From Nematocida ausubeli (Eukaryota), in assembly GCF_000738915.1 (NCBI RefSeq), contig NW_026515634.1, forward strand, positions 372,001 through 404,115: a stretch of 32,115 nt of DNA. Direction: 5' to 3'. The position numbers and the translations under genes were made by a program. Positions within the stretch are counted from its first letter, which is position 1; every line of letters begins with the position of its first letter. Of the stretch, positions 18,199 to 26,523 are shown one piece after another. The notes beneath the pieces were generated by a model. It was not told where the DNA came from and ran no database searches. It saw nothing but the letters and a program-made list of their open reading frames with translations.

Positions 18199-19185
18199 AT
18201 GGATAATGAAGAGCCTGGGCGAAAACAAAAAATAAGCATGCTTCTGACCTTAAAGAACATACAGGAACTAAAAGACTACCACGAGCGAGGACTTTTCCCC
18301 GTCTTTAATACAAGATTCCAAAAGCGAGATTTTAAGAAGAAAGCAAAAATGTTCATTACCACCAATAAGGGCATGCTTATGAGGGAGGTAAATGGGGTGT
18401 TCCTAATGGCAGTTGCAAACAACGATCTGGAGCGCATCCATAGTATATGCAGATACGCCCATGACAAATCCAACCACTGCAAAACTGAGGACAGCTGGAA
18501 GAAGATACGCACACACTGGATGGGCTTTCGGAAAAAGCACATAGCGGACTGGATTTCCAAGTGCACAACATGCCAGTCAGAAAGCCGCGCTGCAGTCGAG
18601 GCAAAGCCCGCCAAGAATGTCGTGCCGCAAATCCGCCCTGTCTCCACCACCTTCTCTATGGAGAGGCTGCAGGTTGACTGCATAAGCATGAATGAGTACG
18701 CAATGCACAACGACGGGTTCTATTATCTTGTCCACTGCATGGATGTCCACTCGCTCTACCACTTTGCCTTTCCCCTCCAAAGAAAAGATCCGCGCGAGTT
18801 TGCGCAGTGCCTTGTTGCCTTGCTTGGGAAGGAAGGATGGCCCCACATTATTCAAACAGACGCAGACATGATGTTTTTCTCCGATGAATTATCCAGCTTA
18901 TTTGCCTTCAACCAAGTCCTTCACATATACCAAACAAATGAGTACTCCCACTCTCTGTCCATAATCCGAAGGACAAGATCTGCTTTAAAAAAGAAGCTTA
19001 TCAAGAGAATGAAGGCCAAAGAGTGCCTTTACAGGTGGATTTCAGTTCTTTCAGACGTTCTTTCAGAGTGGAACAATGAATTCTCTCTAAGCATTATGGG
19101 CAAGCCAAGAAACTTCTTTAAAACCCTCCCTCCGGATATAGATCGGTATATGCATCTTCCAGTTGACTCTGCGCCTTCTCAGTGA
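18199..19185 (+). CDS. Stand-alone retroviral-type integrase-derived protein (HHCC + rve; Ginger/Gypsy-like), third catalytic residue E->R
   Basis: H88-x4-H93-x28-C122-x2-C125; ERLQVD160, Y.VHCMD..S.Y.FAFPL..K, GWPHIIQTD221, and W...L..V...WN. Residue 257 (the D35E position) is Arg. Confidence 0.88.
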   Translation: MDNEEPGRKQKISMLLTLKNIQELKDYHERGLFPVFNTRFQKRDFKKKAKMFITTNKGMLMREVNGVFLMAVANNDLERIHSICRYAHDKSNHCKTEDSWKKIRTHWMGFRKKHIADWISKCTTCQSESRAAVEAKPAKNVVPQIRPVSTTFSMERLQVDCISMNEYAMHNDGFYYLVHCMDVHSLYHFAFPLQRKDPREFAQCLVALLGKEGWPHIIQTDADMMFFSDELSSLFAFNQVLHIYQTNEYSHSLSIIRRTRSALKKKLIKRMKAKECLYRWISVLSDVLSEWNNEFSLSIMGKPRNFFKTLPPDIDRYMHLPVDSAPSQ

Positions 19186-19514
19186 TACATGCGCTTTCTA
19201 GGTGATGTGTCTTTTTAGTAATAAATTGCTCCTCACTAAATTAGTTTGACTTGCCTGAACCATCCTTTTCTTAATAGCCATCAAGTGCTTTTCTTGTAAA
19301 TATTCCTTCTGTTGTATTTTCTGTCTTTAGCGCATCTTTGCGAATAGCTTATTGCCATAGAAATACTTTTGTGCCCTGCCCCTTAGTCGTATACCCCTTA
19401 TTTATATGTTCTAATGCTCTGTTTTTTCTGCGCTCAAATTTCTTGTAATTGAACTGCATTCAGAATACTCTCCACTGCACATAAAGATTTTAATGTTTTA
19501 AATTGCATTTCCCA

Positions 19515-19949
19515 ATGCCTTCACAGTCTAAGGAACAAAAAGAACTAATGCTAAAAGAAAAGGCAGAAATAGGACGGTCTACGTGGCGTCTACTGCATGG
19601 AATTGCAAGAAGATATCCAGACAGCCCAACGCGACAAGAGAAGCAGGCAGTTCATGATCTTCTGGGGTCTTTGCATATTATCTACCCGTGTAAGCCCTGC
19701 GCATCAGCATTTTCTCTGTTTAAAAACAGTCCTATACTAGATACCACAAGTAGATCCTCCCTTATATTTTCAATGTGCACATTTCATAACTTTGTGAATA
19801 TTAAACTTGGCAAGCCATTGACTGACTGCTCTGTATACACTGCTGCACAGCTGAGCCCACTTGCCAGAAGTTCGCCTCCTGGGATAATTAAAAGGCTACA
19901 CGATGCAGCACTTTCAATCATACAAAATATTAAAATGTCTTATAGATAA
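19515..19949 (+). CDS. ERV1: Erv1/ALR-family FAD-dependent sulfhydryl oxidase
   Basis: GRSTWRLLH...YP..PT, YPCKPC (redox CxxC) and CTFHNFVNIKLGKPLTDC (Cx16C). ATG 19515 is preceded by TTTCCCA (track starts at TTG 19503). Confidence 0.9.
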   Translation: MPSQSKEQKELMLKEKAEIGRSTWRLLHGIARRYPDSPTRQEKQAVHDLLGSLHIIYPCKPCASAFSLFKNSPILDTTSRSSLIFSMCTFHNFVNIKLGKPLTDCSVYTAAQLSPLARSSPPGIIKRLHDAALSIIQNIKMSYR

Positions 19950-20747
19950 GAGTGCGTGTGCATTCTTATATAGATAATTTGATCGGCTTCATTGTGAATG
20001 TGTCTTTACAACACGTATAAATAAAGAATATTCTTGCATAAATGTATCTTCTGCTCTTAAATACTTGGTCTCTTAAAAGGGAATATTTTCTACTTTAATA
20101 TTTATTCGAAAACTCAATCCTTTAAATAGTTTTTTCTATAAGAATTATAAACTCTTTATATTATATATAGAGTTTTAAAACAAAGAGATTTATGTTTGGA
20201 TGAATTAAAAATGGCTTTTGAATATCAATATTATCTTAGATGGAGAAGCATTTATTAATATGTATGTCTCTTCCTGACTGCTGCTTTTATGATGGGAGTG
20301 GCCTAGCACGCTTTTCAGATGGAAGTTGAGATAAAATTGCGCACTATTGAACAATAGGCCAGCATCTTGTATTCAGGTAATATTAGTACAGTCTGTTTAT
20401 TCTAACTGCTTCTGCCAATACCAAGTGCACAAAAACTAACAGTTCCTCTATAACTGTATAATATAACTGTAATTAGATACTCTTAATAGGCTCTTATCTA
20501 AATACTCAAGCCATTCGGGTTTCTCTTCTCTTAACAAAATGATAAGCTGTACTCTTTTTATGCTGAGACTTTAATTATGCGCACCAGATCATAAATAATA
20601 TTCTGAGGCTGTCCTAAGTTTAATATGCATGCTGGCCCTGTTCATATATGGGTAATGAGATGTAATTCATGCATTCGAATTATACTAGTGTGTTCTTAAA
20701 ATCCCATATCCTTCAGCATATGGCAGCACATAAACAGTGTAAAAGTG

Positions 20748-21749
20748 CTAGTCACGCCATGAAATATCCACAGTATCGGTTCTGTATCGCTGTGTGACCT
20801 TGCATGACCTATCTGTGCACTTGTACCCACTACAAATCATTTTATATGCCGTATGTGCAATCATAAGACCGTTGTCTATGCAGTATCTCTCGTCTGCGCT
20901 GTAGCCTACGCCTCCTCTCTGTGTTGCCATTTTTGCTGCCATTTCCTGGAGCCTTCTATTGCACCCAACTCCGCCAACAACAAGTATTTCATTGGAGGAG
21001 GTGCATGACATTGCACGCTCGGACACCTCTACCAGCATAGCAAAAGCTGTTTCCTGGACTGAGTAGCAAATGTCTGCCTTTAGCTCTTCGGTTAGCTTCT
21101 TGCCAATAAGATACCTCTGCACATATGAAAGCATCCCAGAAAATGACACATCCATGCCTTTTATAACATATGGGAGTGCTATGTAGTTTTTTCCCTTTCT
21201 TGCCATTAGCTCAATGTTGTACCCAGGAGAGGGGTCGTTTGGAATATCCAGCAGGCGCGCCAGCCTATCCAGGCAGGAACCTATTGCAATGTCGAGTGTT
21301 TCTCCATACACTTTGTACCTCCTGTCATGGTATGATATGATCTGAGTGTTTCCTCCACTCACGTACAGAACTGTTGGGTTATTAGACTGCGTAATAAACC
21401 TCCCCATCTCTATGTGGGCAACACAGTGGTTGACAGGCACCACAGGAATGTTGTACATCTCAGCAAAGACTTTAACAAACGTAGCAACCGCGGACAGGCA
21501 CGAACCAACCCCTGGCCCTGCCGTATATGCTAAGTAATTAATGTCCGATATTTTAATATTTGCTTTGCACATGGCCTTCTTAAATACAGTCATAGCATTC
21601 GTTTGGTGATGCTTTGCAGCATCTGTTATTTTAAAACCATGGCCCTGCGGTGGCACATACGTAGCCCTTTCATTTGCCAAAATCTTGTCGCCATTTACAA
21701 TGCCTACGCCAAGTTTATTCGCGCTGCCTTCAAAGCCAACAATAAGCAT
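20748..21749 (-). CDS. KAE1: KEOPS tRNA t6A threonylcarbamoyltransferase Kae1
   Basis: GFEGSANKLGVG, YTAGPG, VNHCVAHIEMG, LYVSGGNTQ, GETLDIA, KGMDVSFSG, VGGVGCN, CIDNG.MIA, QRYRTD.V...W. First ATG at 21749. Confidence 0.97.
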   Translation of the reverse strand: MLIVGFEGSANKLGVGIVNGDKILANERATYVPPQGHGFKITDAAKHHQTNAMTVFKKAMCKANIKISDINYLAYTAGPGVGSCLSAVATFVKVFAEMYNIPVVPVNHCVAHIEMGRFITQSNNPTVLYVSGGNTQIISYHDRRYKVYGETLDIAIGSCLDRLARLLDIPNDPSPGYNIELMARKGKNYIALPYVIKGMDVSFSGMLSYVQRYLIGKKLTEELKADICYSVQETAFAMLVEVSERAMSCTSSNEILVVGGVGCNRRLQEMAAKMATQRGGVGYSADERYCIDNGLMIAHTAYKMICSGYKCTDRSCKVTQRYRTDTVDISWRD

Positions 21750-21810
21750 AAAATCTTTATTAATTTTACATGTCCATTTATTCAAACTTACTTATCATGA
21801 GTCAATAGAA

Positions 21811-22599
21811 TTACAGGGCAAGGGCTCCTGCCATGCACCCCAAAAGAACAAGAGGAGAAGCTGCGCTGTTCTTTCTTTCCACGCCAGTTCTTTCAGATCT
21901 GTCATCGCCTGATCCAGACGAGCCTCCAGGCCCGTTCATGTCCACGCCGGAAAGGCAGTCATCGATGTTTACAAAGGAGTACCCTGCTGCGCTTCCCATG
22001 CTGACTACATCAGGCACAATACAAAGCTCAGACTCTCTCTGGTCGTGCTGGAGAACAATGTAGGAAGAGGACTGTGGTCTAACAGACTTCAGCTTCAGCT
22101 TCCATCTGTTGATCATGTTGTCAGAGTCATCGTCTGTTCCGTACATGTCGTAGTTGTAGTTGATAAGAACTAGGTCTAAGTCATCAATTATTTCAAGAAC
22201 TGTTTGGTTTGTGACATCTGGCTGGTTGATTGCAATGTACTTTGTCTTCTGCCCTGCTACTTCGTCAAGAACATTAAGCTCTCCCACAATGGCCTCCTTT
22301 ATCTCATCGGCGCTCATTTCGCTGAAGTCGTAGATTGGGTTGGTTCTGAGACCCACGGTGTGGCCGTCATCTACTGCCTGTCTGATTACCTCAGCCACTC
22401 CGCCGTGGTCAATATTAACCGTGGAGAACATGAATGTGGCAGGGACTCCTTCATCGGTCAGAGTCTGGAGAAGTTCAGGGCTTGTCTGTACAGGCCCATC
22501 ACTGAAGACCAAGGCTATTTGTCCTGGCTTGGCGCACTGGCTGGGGGCTCTTAAGCAATTTACAGCTCCTATCATCATTGATAACAAAGAAATCTTCAT
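21811..22599 (-). CDS. Polysaccharide (chitin) deacetylase-like CE4/NodB protein, signal peptide plus probable GPI signal, degenerate active site
   Basis: IALVFSDGP, L..L....V.ATF, GHTVG, IVLQHD, GYSFVNIDDCL. N-terminal MKISLLSMMIGAVNC and C-terminal NSAASPLVLLGCMAGALAL. First ATG at 22599. Confidence 0.88.
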   Translation of the reverse strand: MKISLLSMMIGAVNCLRAPSQCAKPGQIALVFSDGPVQTSPELLQTLTDEGVPATFMFSTVNIDHGGVAEVIRQAVDDGHTVGLRTNPIYDFSEMSADEIKEAIVGELNVLDEVAGQKTKYIAINQPDVTNQTVLEIIDDLDLVLINYNYDMYGTDDDSDNMINRWKLKLKSVRPQSSSYIVLQHDQRESELCIVPDVVSMGSAAGYSFVNIDDCLSGVDMNGPGGSSGSGDDRSERTGVERKNSAASPLVLLGCMAGALAL

Positions 22600-22822
22600 A
22601 TTCTGGAGACACAACCATCTATTAATACTAGGCAATTATGCTTATATAAGAATTATTGTGTCAGGCATGCTTTTTTGAGGGTCTATTTGCAGTGTTTAAG
22701 AGCTATTAGTATATACATACGCATCCTAATTAAATGTTAAATTAAATGCAATTAAAACACTCAATATATTCATATTTAGAAATATACAAAGTAGCTTATG
22801 CCCATAGCTTAGTATACATGCA

Positions 22823-23083
22823 TTAATCATCTGGCAAATCCATAGAAAATGGTCTGTCGCAGTCGTTTATGCCTACTTTTCTTTCCTTTCTAAATACATA
22901 AGCGTCTGGCTTTCTAAACATCCCTCTGCCGCCATTCTCGTCGAGCAAAAGCCCTTCGTACGCGTATATTTTCTTTTCTACTGAGTGCAGATCGCTCTCA
23001 AGCTTCTTCTTTTTTGCAATGTGCACTTCCAGCTGCCGGTGGAGGTCATCTGTTGTCTTTGAAGAGATGCTTTCCAAAGTCAT
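22823..23083 (-). CDS. EAF6: NuA4 histone acetyltransferase subunit Eaf6-like
   Basis: KKKKLESDLHSVEKKIYAYEGLLL...DRPFS matches the Eaf6 pattern L..LE..IY..EG.YL...DR.FS. Confidence 0.8.
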   Translation of the reverse strand: MTLESISSKTTDDLHRQLEVHIAKKKKLESDLHSVEKKIYAYEGLLLDENGGRGMFRKPDAYVFRKERKVGINDCDRPFSMDLPDD

Positions 23084-23095
23084 TCAAATTTTTTT

Positions 23096-23602
23096 ATGAG
23101 AGTCCGTCTTATGACCATTCGGGACGTATATTACGTTAAAGAGTGCAACAGGAAAAACCTGTCAGAGAATTACCATCTTCTCTTTCTTACGTACATGGTT
23201 ACCATGTATTCAGAGTCCTGTTTTGTGGCAGAAAACAAAAAAGGCGAAATAGTAGGATATTCAATTGCAAAGCTAAAGGACTATCTGGAAAAAGACGAGG
23301 TTATCCCAACAGATGCCATCTCTGGATACATGCTCTCTGTTGCAGTTGACAAGGCATACCGAAACAGAGGTCTGGGAAAGATTCTCTTCGCAGCGGCTCT
23401 TCATGGCATAATAGGCGTGCTGCGCAGAAAGACCTCATCCTTTAAGGTGTACCTCAATGTGCGCCCAACCAACCTATCAGCAATAAACATGTACGAAAGC
23501 ACCTTTCATTTTACTAAAGAAAATGAAGAAGAAAGCTACTATGCAGACAAAGAAAATGCTTTTCTTATGAGCAGAGTTTTTAGCATAGATGAAGGCAAAT
23601 GA
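23096..23602 (+). CDS. ARD1: N-terminal acetyltransferase catalytic subunit Ard1/NAA10 (GNAT)
   Basis: CNRKNLSENY (cf. CN...LPENY), FVAE..G.IVGY..AK, SVAV...YRNRGLG, LNVR.TN..A..MY, YYADKENAFLM. Confidence 0.87.
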   Translation: MRVRLMTIRDVYYVKECNRKNLSENYHLLFLTYMVTMYSESCFVAENKKGEIVGYSIAKLKDYLEKDEVIPTDAISGYMLSVAVDKAYRNRGLGKILFAAALHGIIGVLRRKTSSFKVYLNVRPTNLSAINMYESTFHFTKENEEESYYADKENAFLMSRVFSIDEGK

Positions 23603-24227
23603 GCTTCAGAGGGGAAATGCTTTGATAAAATACATCAAGAAAACACCCATTGAGTATAAATACACTGTCTTTGACTATGAGCCTGGAGAGTATTTTGGCG
23701 TGCTCCACATTACGCTTCAGCTGCACATGAGCTCGCCGCAGTACATCTTTGGCCGAATAGAAAGAATAAAGTCATCAAATAGTAAAAGAGTGCCAATTAT
23801 TATACTGCTACTTAGCGCCGACATAACAAGTGCGTCTGCCGCCTCTGCCTTTACAACGCTGCAAATTGACTGCATGGCAACAGGCGTTAGAATCATACCG
23901 GCATACTCCCCGGTGGAGTGCGCCAAGTATATAGAAACCATGCACTTCCAAAAGAGTGAGGCCAGCCATCTGCGAAATTACCGCGCAACGCTTGAAAAAA
24001 CAAAGAAGGAGCTCTCTTCCAGACCCTCTGAGGTAGATGCGCAAAAACTGCTGTTTTTGGCCGCTATTCCAAAAGTGACGAAGAGAGACAGTGCAGCAAT
24101 TCTAGCAGGGCGCAGCCTACGTGAAATAGCACAAAGCGCTGTAAACGAGTGCACTGCCAAGGAGAAGGGAATTGGTGTGACAAAAAAGAACGCAATGAAA
24201 GATTTCTTTATGCAGAAATTCAACTAG
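23589..24227 (+). CDS. ERCC1: ERCC1/Rad10 nucleotide-excision-repair subunit
   Basis: QRGNALIKYIK, DY..G....LHITLQLH...PQYIFGRI, AYSPVECAKYIET, and a C-terminal HhH2 (LAAIPKVTKRDS...GIGVTK). Confidence 0.88.
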   Translation: MKANELQRGNALIKYIKKTPIEYKYTVFDYEPGEYFGVLHITLQLHMSSPQYIFGRIERIKSSNSKRVPIIILLLSADITSASAASAFTTLQIDCMATGVRIIPAYSPVECAKYIETMHFQKSEASHLRNYRATLEKTKKELSSRPSEVDAQKLLFLAAIPKVTKRDSAAILAGRSLREIAQSAVNECTAKEKGIGVTKKNAMKDFFMQKFN

Positions 24228-24243
24228 CCTCTTTTTTATTTTG

Positions 24244-24666
24244 ATGGAGTGTGAGGGAAGAAGCCTTGAGCCAGAGCCAAAAATACCAAGAGCATCAGTT
24301 GAGAAGATAATCTCAGAAACACTAAAACCGCCCATGATGTGCAGCAAGGAGGTAAAGCAGCTGCTTCTGAATTGCTGTGCAGAGTTTGTGCACATAATTG
24401 CCACGGAGGCAAATGATGTCTGTGAGAAAGAGCAGAAAAAGACGCTTACACACGAGCACGTGTACCGGGCACTGAAACACCTAGGCTTTGAGGAGTACAT
24501 TGATGAGTGCAATGAGTCTTACAAGGACCACATTGAGCAAGCAAAGCTGAGACCATCAAGGCAGAATAAGCTAAAGGAGTCAGGCCTGACCCAGGATGAA
24601 TTAGAAAGGGAGCAAGAAGAGTTGTTTAGAAAGGCAAAGATGTTCGCACAGAACGAGGACAGATAG
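24244..24666 (+). CDS. NCB2: Negative cofactor 2 beta (Dr1/Ncb2)
   Basis: Histone fold IPRASVEKII...LLLNCCAEFVHIIATEANDVCEKEQKKTLTHEHV..AL..LGF, plus SGLTQDELEREQEELF.KA. ATG at 24244. Confidence 0.92.
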   Translation: MECEGRSLEPEPKIPRASVEKIISETLKPPMMCSKEVKQLLLNCCAEFVHIIATEANDVCEKEQKKTLTHEHVYRALKHLGFEEYIDECNESYKDHIEQAKLRPSRQNKLKESGLTQDELEREQEELFRKAKMFAQNEDR

Positions 24667-24693
24667 CAAAACGAACAGTAATAAATTCACTTA

Positions 24694-24717
24694 TATTTAA
24701 TTTTTTGCTTCCCCTGC
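24694..24717 (+). promoter_or_regulatory. T-tract-CCCCTG start-proximal motif upstream of RPS20
   Basis: TATTTAATTTTTTGCTTCCCCTGC-ATG, same architecture as upstream of RPL29 and RPS7. Confidence 0.6.
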
Positions 24718-25080
24718 ATGCATTCAGAAAAAAACTATGACAAAGAGGTAGAGCTAAACAATGAGCAGGAAAACCAGACATTAAGAATAACAATGGTCAG
24801 CAGAAACAAGAGCGAGTTAGAGAGAGTAGCATACGCCATTTACCAGATGGCCAAGGCAGAGAACCCAGCAAACAAAGGGCCAGTCTCCTCCAAGAACAAC
24901 AAGCTCCTTGTAACCACCAGAAAAGCACCCGGTGGCAATGGTACCAACACATATGACAAATTCTCTATGACAATTAGAAAGAAGTACATTGACATAACAG
25001 TAGCATTCGAGTCATTCAAAGCAATTACTTCAACCGTGCAGAGCCCAGAAGTATTTATTCAAGTGGTTATAAAGGCATAA
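24718..25080 (+). CDS. RPS20: 40S ribosomal protein S20 (uS10)
   Basis: LRITMVSRN..ELERV, KGPV, L.VTTRKAPGGNGTNTYDKF.M.IRKKYIDI. Confidence 0.92.
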   Translation: MHSEKNYDKEVELNNEQENQTLRITMVSRNKSELERVAYAIYQMAKAENPANKGPVSSKNNKLLVTTRKAPGGNGTNTYDKFSMTIRKKYIDITVAFESFKAITSTVQSPEVFIQVVIKA

Positions 25081-25427
25081 GCAAAATAAATAACACGTTT
25101 TAATATGCATTCTACATAATAAGCAGGCCTTCCGCAGTCTTCTACCAAATTCTTTAGTTTTACTTGTATGTGCGTTCTATTCAAGGAAATCATCCATATT
25201 TATAGCGCTCTTTTGGTATATTAGTGAAGCGATCTTCTATCATCTGCAAAGTAGTTTGTCTGCTCTATAGAGACTTCCAGTGTAATTTATGTATCCGTAG
25301 TTCTTCTAAAAGCGGCTATATAGTGGGAAATGGGCAAAGGTTCTGCTGCCAATTAGACTAACTAATAGAAGAGAAAGATGTCCTCCAGCCTTTCTTATTT
25401 CTTGCAGAAGAGTAAAATAATGTTTTT

Positions 25428-25706
25428 ATGTTTCGTGCAGAGAGAATAACCAAGACTATACTGGAAAAATATCCATCAGCAGTAGTGAATATAGTTGACC
25501 GAACAAAGGAGCATGCCGGGCACAGAGAAATGATTAACATTGATGATCCGCAAGAAACCCACCTGGATATAAATGTGTGCGATAGCTCCTTTGAGGGCTG
25601 CTCTCCTCTGAGCGCAATTAGAGAGATCAATCGACTAATAAAAGACGAGTTTACAAAGGGCCTCCATGCAGTATCAATTACATGCACGTCACCCAACACA
25701 AAATAA
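25428..25706 (+). CDS. BolA-family protein (BolA1-like)
   Basis: VD...EHAGH...ETHL.I.V....FEG.S.L...R.IN..IKDEF..GLHAVSI.C.SP matches the BolA pattern. Confidence 0.85.
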   Translation: MFRAERITKTILEKYPSAVVNIVDRTKEHAGHREMINIDDPQETHLDINVCDSSFEGCSPLSAIREINRLIKDEFTKGLHAVSITCTSPNTK

Positions 25707-26523
25707 ATCCGTTCAATGCGATTATGCTGTACTTTCCCATTTTCACCACATAGAGACTTCCTTCTGCTGTTTTCTTCCGGAGCAGCTCGAGATGTGCATG
25801 CATTGAATATACTTAGAGTGAACTGCCTGAAAGTATTTTTCTATATACACTATATTTGCAAGAATTTTATTATTCAGTTGCAATGTCTCAGTATATTATG
25901 TACTGAGAGTGCAATAAAGTATAAAGTAATAGCAATGCACGCATAAGTTTTAACTGTATCCTGGCACTAATATCTATATTGCAAGTGCACTTGCGCTAAC
26001 CAAAAAGTATGTAAGAATACAAATGCTCTGCAAATGCTAGGATGGACCTTTTTTATTCGGGTTATATAAATATGCCATTCTATCCAGTACAGTGCCAAGT
26101 TCTTGCCTATATGCAAGATAGACGCCAAAGGTCTTCTCATCACATGCACCTCTACAGCTACTAGTACTTAGTCCAGATATTCTACTCTTCGCATTCACCT
26201 CACTGCTTACATACGTCTAGTCTATATCTTATATGCAAGTTATAACACTGAACCATCTATATAAACACTTTCCACAAAATTTCACTTATTTATACTCATA
26301 TATTCGTAACTAATATCAGAGTGATTGACTTTATACAGGAGTTCTATAAAGAATACTTTTAGCAGACTGCTTTGCCTGTTTGCACATGTAACTGTTATCA
26401 GTGCTCAAAACGCTGCCCTTCCTATTGGTATTCTTTAGATTGCACTATGCATTACAATCTAAATCAAATTAGAGCATAAAGAGTAATATTTATATAAAAG
26501 TATTTAGGAATTAATTGTTTTAC

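Noticed and set aside
17520..19514. LTRs, TIRs or target-site duplications around the integrase gene
   Set aside because: No convincing direct or inverted terminal repeats were found by eye, only short A/T-rich matches such as AAAAATCA. It is therefore not called a mobile element.
1633..26523. N-terminal extensions in the ORF track (e.g. 1633, 7593, 8180, 13231, 19503, 21785, 22635, 24241, 26515)
   Set aside because: Most start at TTG/GTG, which is unlikely in a eukaryote, or translate T-rich promoter sequence. Homology or signal peptides begin at the downstream ATG.
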